Positions 1 through 10,519 of a stretch of DNA of 30,471 bases are shown here, piece by piece. The position numbers and the translations under genes are program-made. Position 1 is the first letter of the stretch. Every line of letters starts with the position of its first letter. The stretch is taken from positions 1 through 30,471 of the forward strand of contig NIVC01000547.1 in assembly GCA_002269645.1 (NCBI GenBank), written 5' to 3'. Source of the stretch: Macrostomum lignano (taxonomy: Eukaryota). The notes under the pieces were generated by a model. That model was not told where the DNA came from, ran no database searches, and saw only the letters and a list, made by a program, of their open reading frames with translations.

Positions 1-2100
1 GGTGAGGAGGAAGGAGAGGAGAGGAGAGAAGGGAGAAGAGACGGGGAAGGAGAGACGGGAGAGAGAGAGGCAGGAGAGACGGGAGGAGAGAGGGCAGGAG
101 AGACGGGAGGAGAGAGGGAGGAGAGACGGGAGGAGAAGGGGAGGAGAGACGGGAGGAGAGAGGGCAGGAGAGACGGAGGAGAGAGGGCAGGAGAGACGGT
201 AGGAGAGAGGGCAGGAGAGACGGGAGGAGAGAGGGCAGGAGAGACGGGAGGAGAGAAGGGAGGAGAGAGGGCAGAGAGACGGGAGGAGAGAGGCAGGAGA
301 GACGGGAGGAGAGAAAGGGAGGAGAGAGGGCAGGAGAGACGGAGAGGAGAAGGGCAGGAGAGCGGGAAGGAGAGAGGCAGGAGAGACGGGAGGAGAGAGG
401 GACAGAGAAGACGGGAGGAGAGAAGGGCAGGAGAGACGGGAGGAGAGAGGGCAGGAGAGACGGGAGGAGAGAGGGCAGGAGAGACGGGAGAGAGAGGCAG
501 GAGAGACGGGAGGAGAGAGGGCAGGAGAGACGGGAGAGAGAGGGCAGGAGAGACGGGAGGAGAGAGGGCAGGAGAGACGGGAGGAGAGAAGGGAGGAGAG
601 AGAGGGCAGGAGAGACGGAGAGGAGAGAGGGCAGGAAGACGGGAGGAGAGAGGGCAGGAGAGACGGGAGGAAGAGAGGGAGGAGAGACGGAGAGAGAGGG
701 CAGGAGAGACGGAGGAGGAGAGAGGAGCAGAGAGAGACGGGAGGAGAGAGGGCAGGAGAGACGGGAGGAGAGAGGGCAGGAGAGACGGAGGAGAGAGGGC
801 AGGAGAGACGGAGAGGAGAGAGGGCAGGAGAGACGGGAGGAGAGAGGGCAGGAGAAGACGGGAGGAGAGAGGGGAGGAGGAGAGGCAGGAGGAGAGAGGG
901 GAGAGAGAGGGAAGGAGAAGACGGGAGGAGAGAGGGGCAGGAGAGACGGGAGGAGAGAGGGCAGGAGAGACGGGAGAAGAGAGGGCAGAGAAGACGGAGG
1001 AGAGAGGGAAGGAGAGACGGGAGGAGAGAGGGCAGAGAGACGGGAGAGAGGGGGAGGGGGAGGAGAGGGAAGAGGGGGAGAGAGGGCAGGAGAGACGGGA
1101 GGAGAGAGGCAGGAGAGACGGGAGGAAGAGAGGGCGGAGGAGACGGGAGGAGAGACGGGAGGAGAGAGGGCAGGAGAGAGGGGAGAAGAGAGAGGGAGGA
1201 GAGAGACGGGAGGAGAGAGGGCAGGAGAGACGGGAGAGAGAGAGGGCAGGAGAGACGAGGAGGAGAGAAGGGAGGAGAGAGGGCAGAGAGACGGGAGGAG
1301 AGAGGGCAGGAGAGACGGGAGGAGAGAGGGCAGGAGAGACGGGAGGAGAGAGGGGAGGAGAGAGGGCAGGAGAGACGGGAAGGAGAGAGGGCAGGAGAGA
1401 CGGGAGGAGAGAGGGGAGGAGAGACGGGAGGAGAGAGGGCAGGAGAGACGGGAGGAGAGAGGGCAGGAGAGAGACGGGAGGAGAGAGGGGAGGAGAGACG
1501 GGAGGAGAGAGGGCAGGAGAGACGGGAGGAGAGAGGGCAGGAGAGACGGGAGGAGAGAGGGCAGGAGAGACGAAGGAGGAGAGAGGGCAGGAGAGACGGG
1601 AGGAGAGACGGGAGGAGAGAGGGCAGGAGAGAGGGGAGAAGAGAGGGGAGGAGAGACGGGAGGAGAGAGGGCAGGAGAGACGGGAGGAGAGAGGGCAGGA
1701 GAGACGGGAGGAGAGAAGGGAGGAGAGAGGGCAGGAGAGACGGGAGGAGAGAGGGCAGGAGAGACGGGAGGAGAGAGGGCAGGAGAGACGGAGAGGAGAG
1801 AGGGGAGGAGAGAGGGCAGGAGAGACGGAGGAGAGAGGGCAGGAGAGACGGGAGGAGAGAGGGGAGGAGAGACGGGAGGAGAGAGGGCAGGAGAGACGGG
1901 AGGAGAGAGGGCAGGAGAGACGGAGGAGAGAGGGGCAGGAGACGGGGAGGAGAGAGGCAGGAGAGACGGGTGAGAGAGGCAGGAGAGACGGAGGAGAGGG
2001 GGCAGAGAGACGGGAGAGAGAGGGGAGAGAGACGGGAGAAGAGAGTGCAGGAGAGACGGGAAGGAGAGAGGGAGAAAGAGGGGGAAAAAGGGGAAAAAGA
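1..2100. repeat. Polypurine minisatellite, ~24-bp unit GGGAGGAGAGAGGGCAGGAGAGAC, running off the window start
   Basis: Unit read directly; many copies carry 1-2 nt indels; almost no T on the + strand. Confidence 0.97.
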
Positions 2101-2143
2101 AAGGAGAAGAGATAAGAAAGATATTTGGATGTTGTGACATTTT

Positions 2144-2250
2144 GGGTTTGTGAAATTTCGGGTTTGTGAAATTTCGGGTTTGTGAAATTTCGGGTTTGTG
2201 AAATGTTGGGTTTGTGGAATTTCACGTTAGTGAAATTTTGGGTTTGTGAA
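2144..2250. repeat. 16-bp tandem repeat GGGTTTGTGAAATTTC, ~6-7 copies
   Basis: Copies start at 2144, 2160, 2176, 2192, 2208, 2224 (diverged) and 2240. Confidence 0.92.
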
Positions 2251-2947
2251 ACGACCCCGTTCAAACATGCCAAAACTGCCAACTATCAATCATGATATAA
2301 TAATTAACTAAGTTCACTAATTCGCAATAAACTTGATATTACCTGGCTGTTGACAGGTGCGGCTTGGACAATAGGCCGTATCTTAACTGCCAATACTTCC
2401 TGATGTAGTAATTGCCAGCCATGCCTAATAGTTATCTTGTGTGCGACTTCAAGATTCCTTTGTCAGAGTTCGCCTGCGGTACTTATAGCGTGCTTTGATT
2501 CCAGGCAGGCGCAGAACTGAACCGAATGTCTGTCTTCCCATTCTGGGATCACTGTTTATTGCACATTGCGGCCAGCCAGTGTTTGTGGTGGCCGATGTAC
2601 GTTTGTACTTTTTTCTAGCCCCTTCCCCCCAGAACATCGACGTCAAGTATGAATCCTCTCTTTCGTCTTTCTTCTCCTATAGTAGGTAGAAATTGCTTAT
2701 TCAATGCTGGTGCAGTAAAACTGGGTTTGCTTGGACAGGCGAGGCATCAAGGGCCTCTGCACATTCAAGGTAGACTTTTAGCTGACGGGCTATAAAAATT
2801 AAATATTACCCATATTTTTGTGCGTTGTGCCCTTTGGTCGAATTCGATTCATGTTCGATGAAAATATAAAAAATACGGTTTTACTAGAGTACCCCTTCTC
2901 ACGCAAATTCCACCCACTAGCTATGCGATATCTCATTCTCAAGCTCA

Positions 2948-3333
2948 TATCTCGGACAGTTTCAGTTTCATCTCTCGGACAGTCTCATTCTCATCTCTCG
3001 GACAGTCTCAGTATCATCTCTCGGACAGTCTCAGTATCATCTCTTGGACAGTCTCAGTATCATCTTTCGGACAGTCTGAGTATCATCTCTCGGACAGTCT
3101 GAGTATCATCTCTCGGACAGTCTGAGTATCATCTCTCGGACAGTCTGAGTATCATCTCTCGGACAGTCTCAGTATCATCTCTCGGACAGTCTCAGTATCA
3201 TCTCTCGGACAGTCTCAGTATCATCTCTCGGACAGTCTCAGTATCATCTCTCGGACAGTCTCAGTATCATCTCTCGGACAGTCTCAGTATCATCTCTCGG
3301 ACAGTCTCAGTATCATCTCTCGGACAGTCTCAG
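2948..3333. repeat. 23-bp minisatellite AGTATCATCTCTCGGACAGTCT(C/G), ~17 copies
   Basis: Direct reading; left-edge copies are diverged. Confidence 0.95.
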
Positions 3334-3821
3334 CCACTTATATCCAACATTTTGTGACTAATGGCTAATACCCTCCGTGACTAATGACTCATCTATCTTA
3401 ATAGCCATTAGAAAATCTTTTCTAAGACTGATGTCCGACATTATCGATTATACATTGACTGGAAAAAAATCTAAGAAATCTTGAAAGTCTACCAACAGGC
3501 TAAGACAGGTATTAAAGAGACCCGCCTACACAAAACATTTCTGTTTAATCATTTTTTTCTAGCCTGATGAACACAAGCAGGTGGTGAAGATTATTCGAGT
3601 GTCTGAGGCCAGTAAATATTAATTAGAATTGCGAATTATTTTCCAGCTTGTCCCGCGAAATGCCTGGGCTTTAGAGAGGATTAAAGAGGGTTATTCTCTC
3701 CGGCTCATACCTGGTCATCATTTTCTAAATTATTATAGTGAACTCAAGCGTAGTATTAAGTTCGAATTGTGATTATTAGGTTTTCGAATACCCATGCAAA
3801 TTTGTATAGGATCGAGATCTA

Positions 3822-4049
3822 GATGCAGTTGGGGATTCGGACACGAGTCTCAGTTGGGATTAGAGGCTCGGACATGGATCTCCGTTGGGATTAGAGACTC
3901 GGACAGGGATCTCAGTTATGATTAGAGACTCGGACAGGGATCTCAGTTATGATCAGAGACTCGGACAGGGATTTCAGTTGGGATTAGAGACTTGGACAGG
4001 GATTTCAGTTGGGATTAGAGACTTGGACAGGGATTTCAGTTGGGATTAG
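3822..4049. repeat. 31-bp minisatellite CTCGGACAGGGAT(C/T)TCAGTT(G/A)(G/T)GATTAGAGA, ~7 copies
   Basis: Direct reading; lies in the intron downstream of the 4145 donor. Confidence 0.92.
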
Positions 4050-4144
4050 GGATCGAGAATTTAGTATGGTCAAAGTGAATCAACATTAAAAAATCTCCCT
4101 GAATGGCGCCCCCCTGGACAGCCAACTTCATCACTTGGACTCAC

Positions 4145-4752
4145 CTCAGCCGCTCGTCCTCCTCCAGCTCGGTCTGCCGAGCCCTGGCCAGCACCCGAGC
4201 GATCTGCAGCCGCTCCTCATCCGTCAAGTGGCTCAGGTCCGGCTCTGGCGGGGTGACCGGCGAGTCCTCGCTTGACGTCGGCACCGTCGACCCGCTGCCG
4301 CCTCCGTCTTCGTCATCGACCGCAGCATCCTCGGCTTCGTCAGTTCGCGGATGCGCCAGCGGCTGCTTGGTGAACGCCGCCGTCAGGAAACTGGCCGCCG
4401 GTGAGAAGAAAAACGACGTCGATGACGGGCCGGCCGAGGCGTGGCCGGGGTCGTTTTGAACATCCCGACTGTCGTCGCCATCGCCGGTGGAGGCCATCCG
4501 GTCTCGCGCTGTCCGACGCCGGCTCGTCTCCGGTGTGGCGCTCGCCGAAGCGCTCGCCGTGGCGAAGCCGCCAGCAACCAATCGACGGAAGCCGGAGGCG
4601 GCCGGCGAGGCGGGCATCGAGTTGGCGGGCTGGCGGGGCTTCGGCACCGCGTCCGAATCGCTTTCGCGATCGTCGACAGCTTGAGACTCGTCTGGCTGCT
4701 GCTGCTGCTGCTGCTGGCCGCCGCCGCCCCAGAGCTTCCTGACGAAGAGCAT
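4145..4752 (-). CDS. First coding exon of a Rab-effector-like protein (RIM / rabphilin / Slp-type N-terminal Rab-binding helix)
   Basis: The ORF ends ...PPEPDLSHLTDEERLQIARVLARARQTELEEDERLR, matching the Rab-binding helix pattern (DLS-x-LT-x-EE-xxx-I-xx-V-xx-R...EE-x-R) of RIM, rabphilin and Slp proteins. It is followed by a canonical donor AG|GTGAGT (GT at 4144-4143, phase 2). There is an in-frame stop upstream of ATG 4752 (4789-4791). The segment is GC/CpG-rich, unlike its flanks. Downstream exons were not identified, so the subfamily is unassigned. Confidence 0.8.
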
Positions 4753-4953
4753 CTTCAGGAGGCGGCGGCGGTGGCACCTCCTGCTGACTCAGTTCGAGAG
4801 AATCTCGGCCATTCTCCGTGGATGGGCAGCGGCTGGCCGCTCCGCTCGATTGAAGGAATGACGGCCGGGCTGAAAAATAGCATCAGTGTTGGTGTTTTTC
4901 CACGGCTGTTTCTTAAAAGGTTGACATTCATAATTTTGGTTGCTATTATAGAT

Positions 4954-4975
4954 CTGTAAGCCAAATCGATACAAA
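4954..4975 (-). other. Candidate 3' splice acceptor for the 5'UTR/first coding exon of the Rab-effector gene
   Basis: Minus strand reads ctcttatttgtatcgatttggcttacag|ATC; exon would start at 4953. Confidence 0.45.
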
Positions 4976-4988
4976 TAAGAGAGTCGCA

Positions 4989-5413
4989 TGTTAGACAGAG
5001 TATTTACCTGTTAGACAGGGGTGTTTATTATTTACCTGTAAGACAGGGAGTAGTTACCTGTTAGACATGGAGAAGTTACCTGTTAGACAGGGAGTATTTA
5101 CCTGTTAGACAGGGAGTATTTACCTGTTAGACAGGGAGTATTTACCTGTTAGACAGGGAGTATTTACGTGTTAGACAGGGAGTATTTACGTGTTAGACAG
5201 GGAGTATTTACCTGTTAGACAGGGAGTATTTACATGTTAGACAGGGAGTATTTACGTGTTAGACAGGGAGTATTTACGTGTTAGACAGGGAGTATTTACC
5301 TGTTAGACAGGGAGTATTTACGTGTTAGACAGGGAGTATTTACGTGTTAGACAGGGAGTATTTACCTGTTAGACAGGGAGTATTTACGTGTTAGACAGGG
5401 AGTATTTACCTGC
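4989..5413. repeat. 22-bp minisatellite GTTAGACAGGGAGTATTTAC(C/G)T, ~19 copies
   Basis: 22-bp period verified (5101 vs 5123). Confidence 0.96.
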
Positions 5414-5956
5414 TAGAGAGACAGGCAGACAAGAAGTGCAGCCAAGACAACAAGTAGAAGAAATTGGCGCAGAAATATGGTTAGAAAATCTCTCTTTAAA
5501 TAGGACAGAATGGGGGTGAGTAGAACTTCCGCTCCTGAAGTTTGGCCAGCGGTACTACACTGCTTTTTGCGCCAAGAGAATAAAAGCAAGAGACAATGCG
5601 CCTCTTTCTTCAACTATCCGCAATCTTGACTGCATGGCCATGCTCTTCTGACAAGGCGCAGAAAACCTGACCCTAAACAAATCTTCCGTAATCTCCAAAC
5701 GCCAGCTTTGCTCCAAATATGACTCTTTGTGGGCGTCAGCTCTTTTTCTCTGCGGACAAAATATTTTTCGTTCAGCTTAGTGAAAATAGGAAAAGTGCAT
5801 CAGGCTGATTCGCATTGATTTTGACTGCTTCAAACGGTGCACATGGTGCTTAGTTTGCCTTATTAAAAGTTGTACTTGTAGTCTGTAGTGCTGCCAAAAA
5901 ATTCTATTCTAAATTATACACATGGAACAGGAGTTTCTTGAAGTCTAATTGGATTG

Positions 5957-6348
5957 TAGCTTCCCTCGGCTAGATAAAGCTTCCTTCGGCTAGATAAAGC
6001 TTCCCTCAGCTAGATAAAGCTTCCCTCGGATAGATAAAGCTTCCCTCGGCTAGATAAAGCTTCCCTCAGCTAGATAAAGCTTCCCTCAGATAGATAAAGC
6101 TTCCCTCAGCTAGATAAAGTTTCCCTCAGCTAGATAAAGCTTCCCTCAGCTAGATAAAGCTTCCCTCGGCTAGATAAAGCTTCCCTCAGATAGATAAAGC
6201 TTCCCTCAGCTAGATAAAGCTTCCCTCGGATAGATAAAGCTTCCCTCGGGTAGATAAAGCTTCCCTCGGCTAGATAAAGCTTCCCTTGGCTAGTTGAAGC
6301 TTCCCTCAGCTAGATAAAGCTTCCCTCGGCTAGGTAAAGCTTCCCTTA
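5957..6348. repeat. 20-bp minisatellite AGCTTCCCTC(G/A)GCTAGATAA, ~19 copies
   Basis: Period of 20 is visible as column alignment; AAGCTT in nearly every unit. Confidence 0.97.
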
Positions 6349-6764
6349 ATTTTTCTAAGCTTCCGTAAACTGTACCAGCATCAGTAGCTTAACTGATTAA
6401 TACCACAGTGTCTTATAAAGCAGTTTCTTCAGCTTCTTCCTTAAGCCCTATTATTTATCAAAGATATGAAGACTACAGAGCAAAGAAGAGAACTTCACAC
6501 AGCAAACAGACGCTGAGGCAAAAGTAAACTTCTCAAAGAATTTACAGCCCCAGTAGGAAGGTAAAATCCACGAATCGATCTGGGACAAAAACAATAAATC
6601 CCTGCAGGTTGCATACTGAGCTGAGGCTCCTCAGCACTCATGGGCAGGAAGTAGGTTATCGAAAAACTTGCGCGTGACTTTTTTGAACTTTTTTCCGCCC
6701 GCATTGTAACTCAATTTTGTCCAAATTTCAGATTTTTGATTAGGACTCTTCAAAATTTTAGGGA

Positions 6765-7342
6765 TTCTTTAGATTCATGAGATAGGGCAGCTTCATGAGA
6801 TGAGGGAGATTCATGAGATAGGGCAGCTTCATGAGATGGGGGAGATTCATGAGATAGGGCAGCTTCATGAGATGGGGGAGATTCATGAGATAGGGCAGCT
6901 TCATGAGATGAAGGAGATTCATGAGATAGGGCAGCTTCATGAGATGGGGGACATTCATGAGATAGGGCAGCTTCATGAGATGGGGGAGATTCATGAGATA
7001 GGGCAGCTTCATGAGATGGGGGACATTCATGAGATAGGGCAGCTTCATGAGATGGGGGAGATTCATGAGATAGGGCAGCTTCATGAGATGGGGGACATTC
7101 ATGAGAAAGGGCAGCTTCATGAGATGGGGGACATTCATGAGATAGGGCAGCTTCATGAGATGGGGGAGATTCATGAGATAGGGCAGCTTCATGAGATGGG
7201 GGACATTCATGAGATAGGGCAGCTTCATGAGATGGGGGACATTCATGAGATAGGGCAGCTTCATGGGATGGGGGACATTCATGAGATAGGGGAGATTCAT
7301 GAGATTCATGAGATTTGTGAGATTCGTGAGATTCATGAGATT
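6765..7342. repeat. 36-bp minisatellite built from two related 18-bp halves (TTCATGAGATAGGGCAGC / TTCATGAGATGGGGGA(G/C)A), ~15 copies
   Basis: Direct reading; TCATGA palindrome every 18 bp; produces the spurious 206-aa and 230-aa ORFs. Confidence 0.96.
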
Positions 7343-7617
7343 GAGAAACAAAAATATCGGAGCTTTAATGGAAATGGGCAGCAGTGGCAAGGAGACTCGG
7401 TCCAAGTGAAGAGTAAATGACTGACAAGCGCCATGCAGTGTAAAGGACAAATGCAGTCAATACTGTTGTTGTGGAAGTGATGGAAATTCACTTGCTGCAT
7501 AGGAGTAGGCGGACGGCGTCAGAGTTTGGATAAAGAACTCAATCAGTTGGGTTTCCGCTAGAGGCAAAGTAATTAACTGGGACAGTGAGATGCTGGATGG
7601 CAGATGCAGCGTTTGCT

Positions 7618-8095
<478 letters not shown>

Positions 8096-8871
8096 ATCGA
8101 TCTATCAGTGCCTCGCTCGTGCTTAAGAGTCAGCCATTTCGAACTTGGCAGCAGAGGATTAGGAAGAACAGTAGGAGGGAATGGCTGCAAGGGGTTTGAA
8201 GTTGGTCTCTGTGCCAGTGTAGTATTTCACATGAATATACATATATATATGTGTGTACATACCCCCTGAGAGCAGATCGCAGCCCGGAGTCCAGTCAGGG
8301 CCAGCGGTATGGCATGGCTGACACCGGAGGGTAGAGAGGTCTTAATTAATTATTTATTGTAAGCCACGGGCCGCCTCCCCACCACCTCGCATCTTCCCTC
8401 TCCCGCCCAGGCTCTACTTCTTCAGCAGCAAGCGGTCAGCAATCCCAGCGGCTGGCAGTCCGGCATGACCACAGGGCTGCCTTGAACAAAACGTGGAGAC
8501 CCAATAAAAGCCATATACATCCTCATGCAGCCCGTCATTGCACTGAAGTAAGCTTAAAAGTTTCTTATGAATTAAAGAGCTAACTATAATAAATAAGAGT
8601 TTACTGTGTTTAATACTTGGAGCTACTATATCAATAGACAGTTGATAAGTTAAACAAATTGCACTGGTGCCAAGAAGTTAGCAAGGAAATGGCATGCACC
8701 ATTCCAGGGTGTCAGAAAGTGAGAGTGGAGAGCAATTAAGGGAAACTGGGAGTGTTTTAGACTGAGCATCCGGCCCTATCAGTTATGGCGACTGAGACTG
8801 GCAATAAAATTGGTTGAAAGTGTTTCTTAAGCTTAGTAGAGCTTACCCACATAAACCACTGTCTGTGGTTT

Positions 8872-10519
8872 ATCGATCACAGATCACAGAATCGGAGTTA
8901 AGGAGGGCGATGACAGAATCGATGAGGTGGAGGGCGATGACCGATCATATAGAATCGGTGAGGTGAAGGGCGATGACCGATAATATAATCGTTGAGGTGA
9001 AAGGCGATGACCGATCATATAATCAATGAGGTGGAGGGCGATGACCGATCGCAGAATCGGAGTCGAGGAGGGCGATGACCGATCACAGAATCGAAGCGAA
9101 GGAGGGCGATGACCGATCACAGAATCGAAGCGAAGGAGGGCGATGACCGATCACAGAATCGAAGCGAAGGAGGGCGATGACCGATCACAGAATCGGAGTT
9201 AAGGAGGGCGATGACCGATCACAGAATCGGAGTTAAGGAGGGCGATGACCGATCACAGAATCGGAGTTAAGGAGGGCGATGAACGATCACAGAATCGGAG
9301 TTAAGGAGGACGATGACCGATCATACAATCGGAGTCAAGGAGGGCGATGACTGATCACAGAATCGGAGTTAAGGAGGGCGATGACCGATCATAGAATCGG
9401 AGTCAAGGAGGGCGATGACCGATCATAGAATCGGAGTCAAGGAGGGCGATAACCGATCACAGAATCGGAGTTAAGGAGGGCGATGACCGATCACAGAATC
9501 GGAGTTAAGGAGGGCGATGACCGATCACAGAATCGGAGTTAAGGAGGACGATGACCGATCATATAATCGGAGTCAAGGAGGGCGATGACCGATCATAGAA
9601 TCGAAGTCAAGGAGGGCGATGACCGATCACAGAATCGGAGTTAAGGAGGGCGATGACCGATCATAGAATCGGAGTTAAGGAGGACGATGACCGATCATAG
9701 AATCGGAGTCAAGGAGGGCGATGACCGATCATAGAATCGGAGTCAAGGAGGGCGATGACCGATCACAGAATTGGAGCGAAGGAGGGCGATGACCGATCAC
9801 AGAATCGGTAAGGTGAAGGGCGATGACCGATCATAGAATCGGAGTCAAGGAGGGCGATGACCGATCACAGAATTGGAGCGAAGGAGGGCGATGACCGATC
9901 ACAGAATCGGAGCGAAGGAGGGCGATGACCGATCACAGAATCGGAGCGAAGGAGGGCGATGACCGATCACAGAATTGGAGCGAAGGAGGGCGATGACCGA
10001 TCACAGAATCGGAGCGAAGGAGGGCGATGACCGATCACAGAATCGGTGAGGTGAAGGGCGATGACCGATCACAGAATCGGAGCGAAGGAGGGCGATGACC
10101 GATCACAGAATCGGTGAGGTGAAGGGCGATGACCGATCACAGAATTGGAGCGAAGGAGGGCGATGACCGATCACAGAATCGGTGAGGTGAAGGGCGATGA
10201 CCGATCACAAAATCGATGAGGTGGAGGGCGATGACCGATCATAGAATCGGAGCTGAGAAGGGCGATGACCGATCACAGAATCGGTGAGGTGAAGGGCGAT
10301 GACCGATCACAAAATCGATGAGGTGGAGGGCGATGACCGATCATAAAATCGGAGCTGAGAAGGGCGATGACCGATCACAGAATCGGAGTTTATGAGGGCG
10401 ATGACCAATTACAGAATCGATGAGGTGGAGGGCGATGACCGATCATAGAATCGGAGTTGAGGGGGCGATGATCGATCATAGAATCAGAGCTGAGGGGGGG
10501 GGGCGATGACCGATCACAG
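8872..10519. repeat. 34-bp minisatellite GGGCGATGACCGATCACAGAATCG + variable 10 nt, ~48 copies
   Basis: Period 34 verified (9171 vs 9205); variant segments GAGTTAAGGA, GAGTCAAGGA, GAGCGAAGGA, GTGAGGTGAA, ATGAGGTGGA, GAGCTGAGAA. Confidence 0.97.

Noticed and set aside
2250-2930. Possible next exon of the Rab-effector gene (donor-like CAG|GTAATA near 2343)
   Set aside because: No frame gives the expected Cys-rich zinc finger, and no matching acceptor or phase was found
4103-4959. Several overlapping ORFs around the Rab-effector exon
   Set aside because: GC-rich shadow frames without recognisable motifs; only the 4752 frame ends in a domain and a canonical donor
6758-7450. 230-aa and 206-aa repetitive ORFs on opposite strands
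   Set aside because: A 36-bp minisatellite open on both strands; no signal peptide, cleavage sites or flanking exon structure, unlike the 14610-15481 gene
8872-10519. CRISPR-like appearance (hairpin repeat plus variable segment)
   Set aside because: Variable parts are only 10 nt, mutually related and reused; no cas genes; eukaryotic intron-containing context
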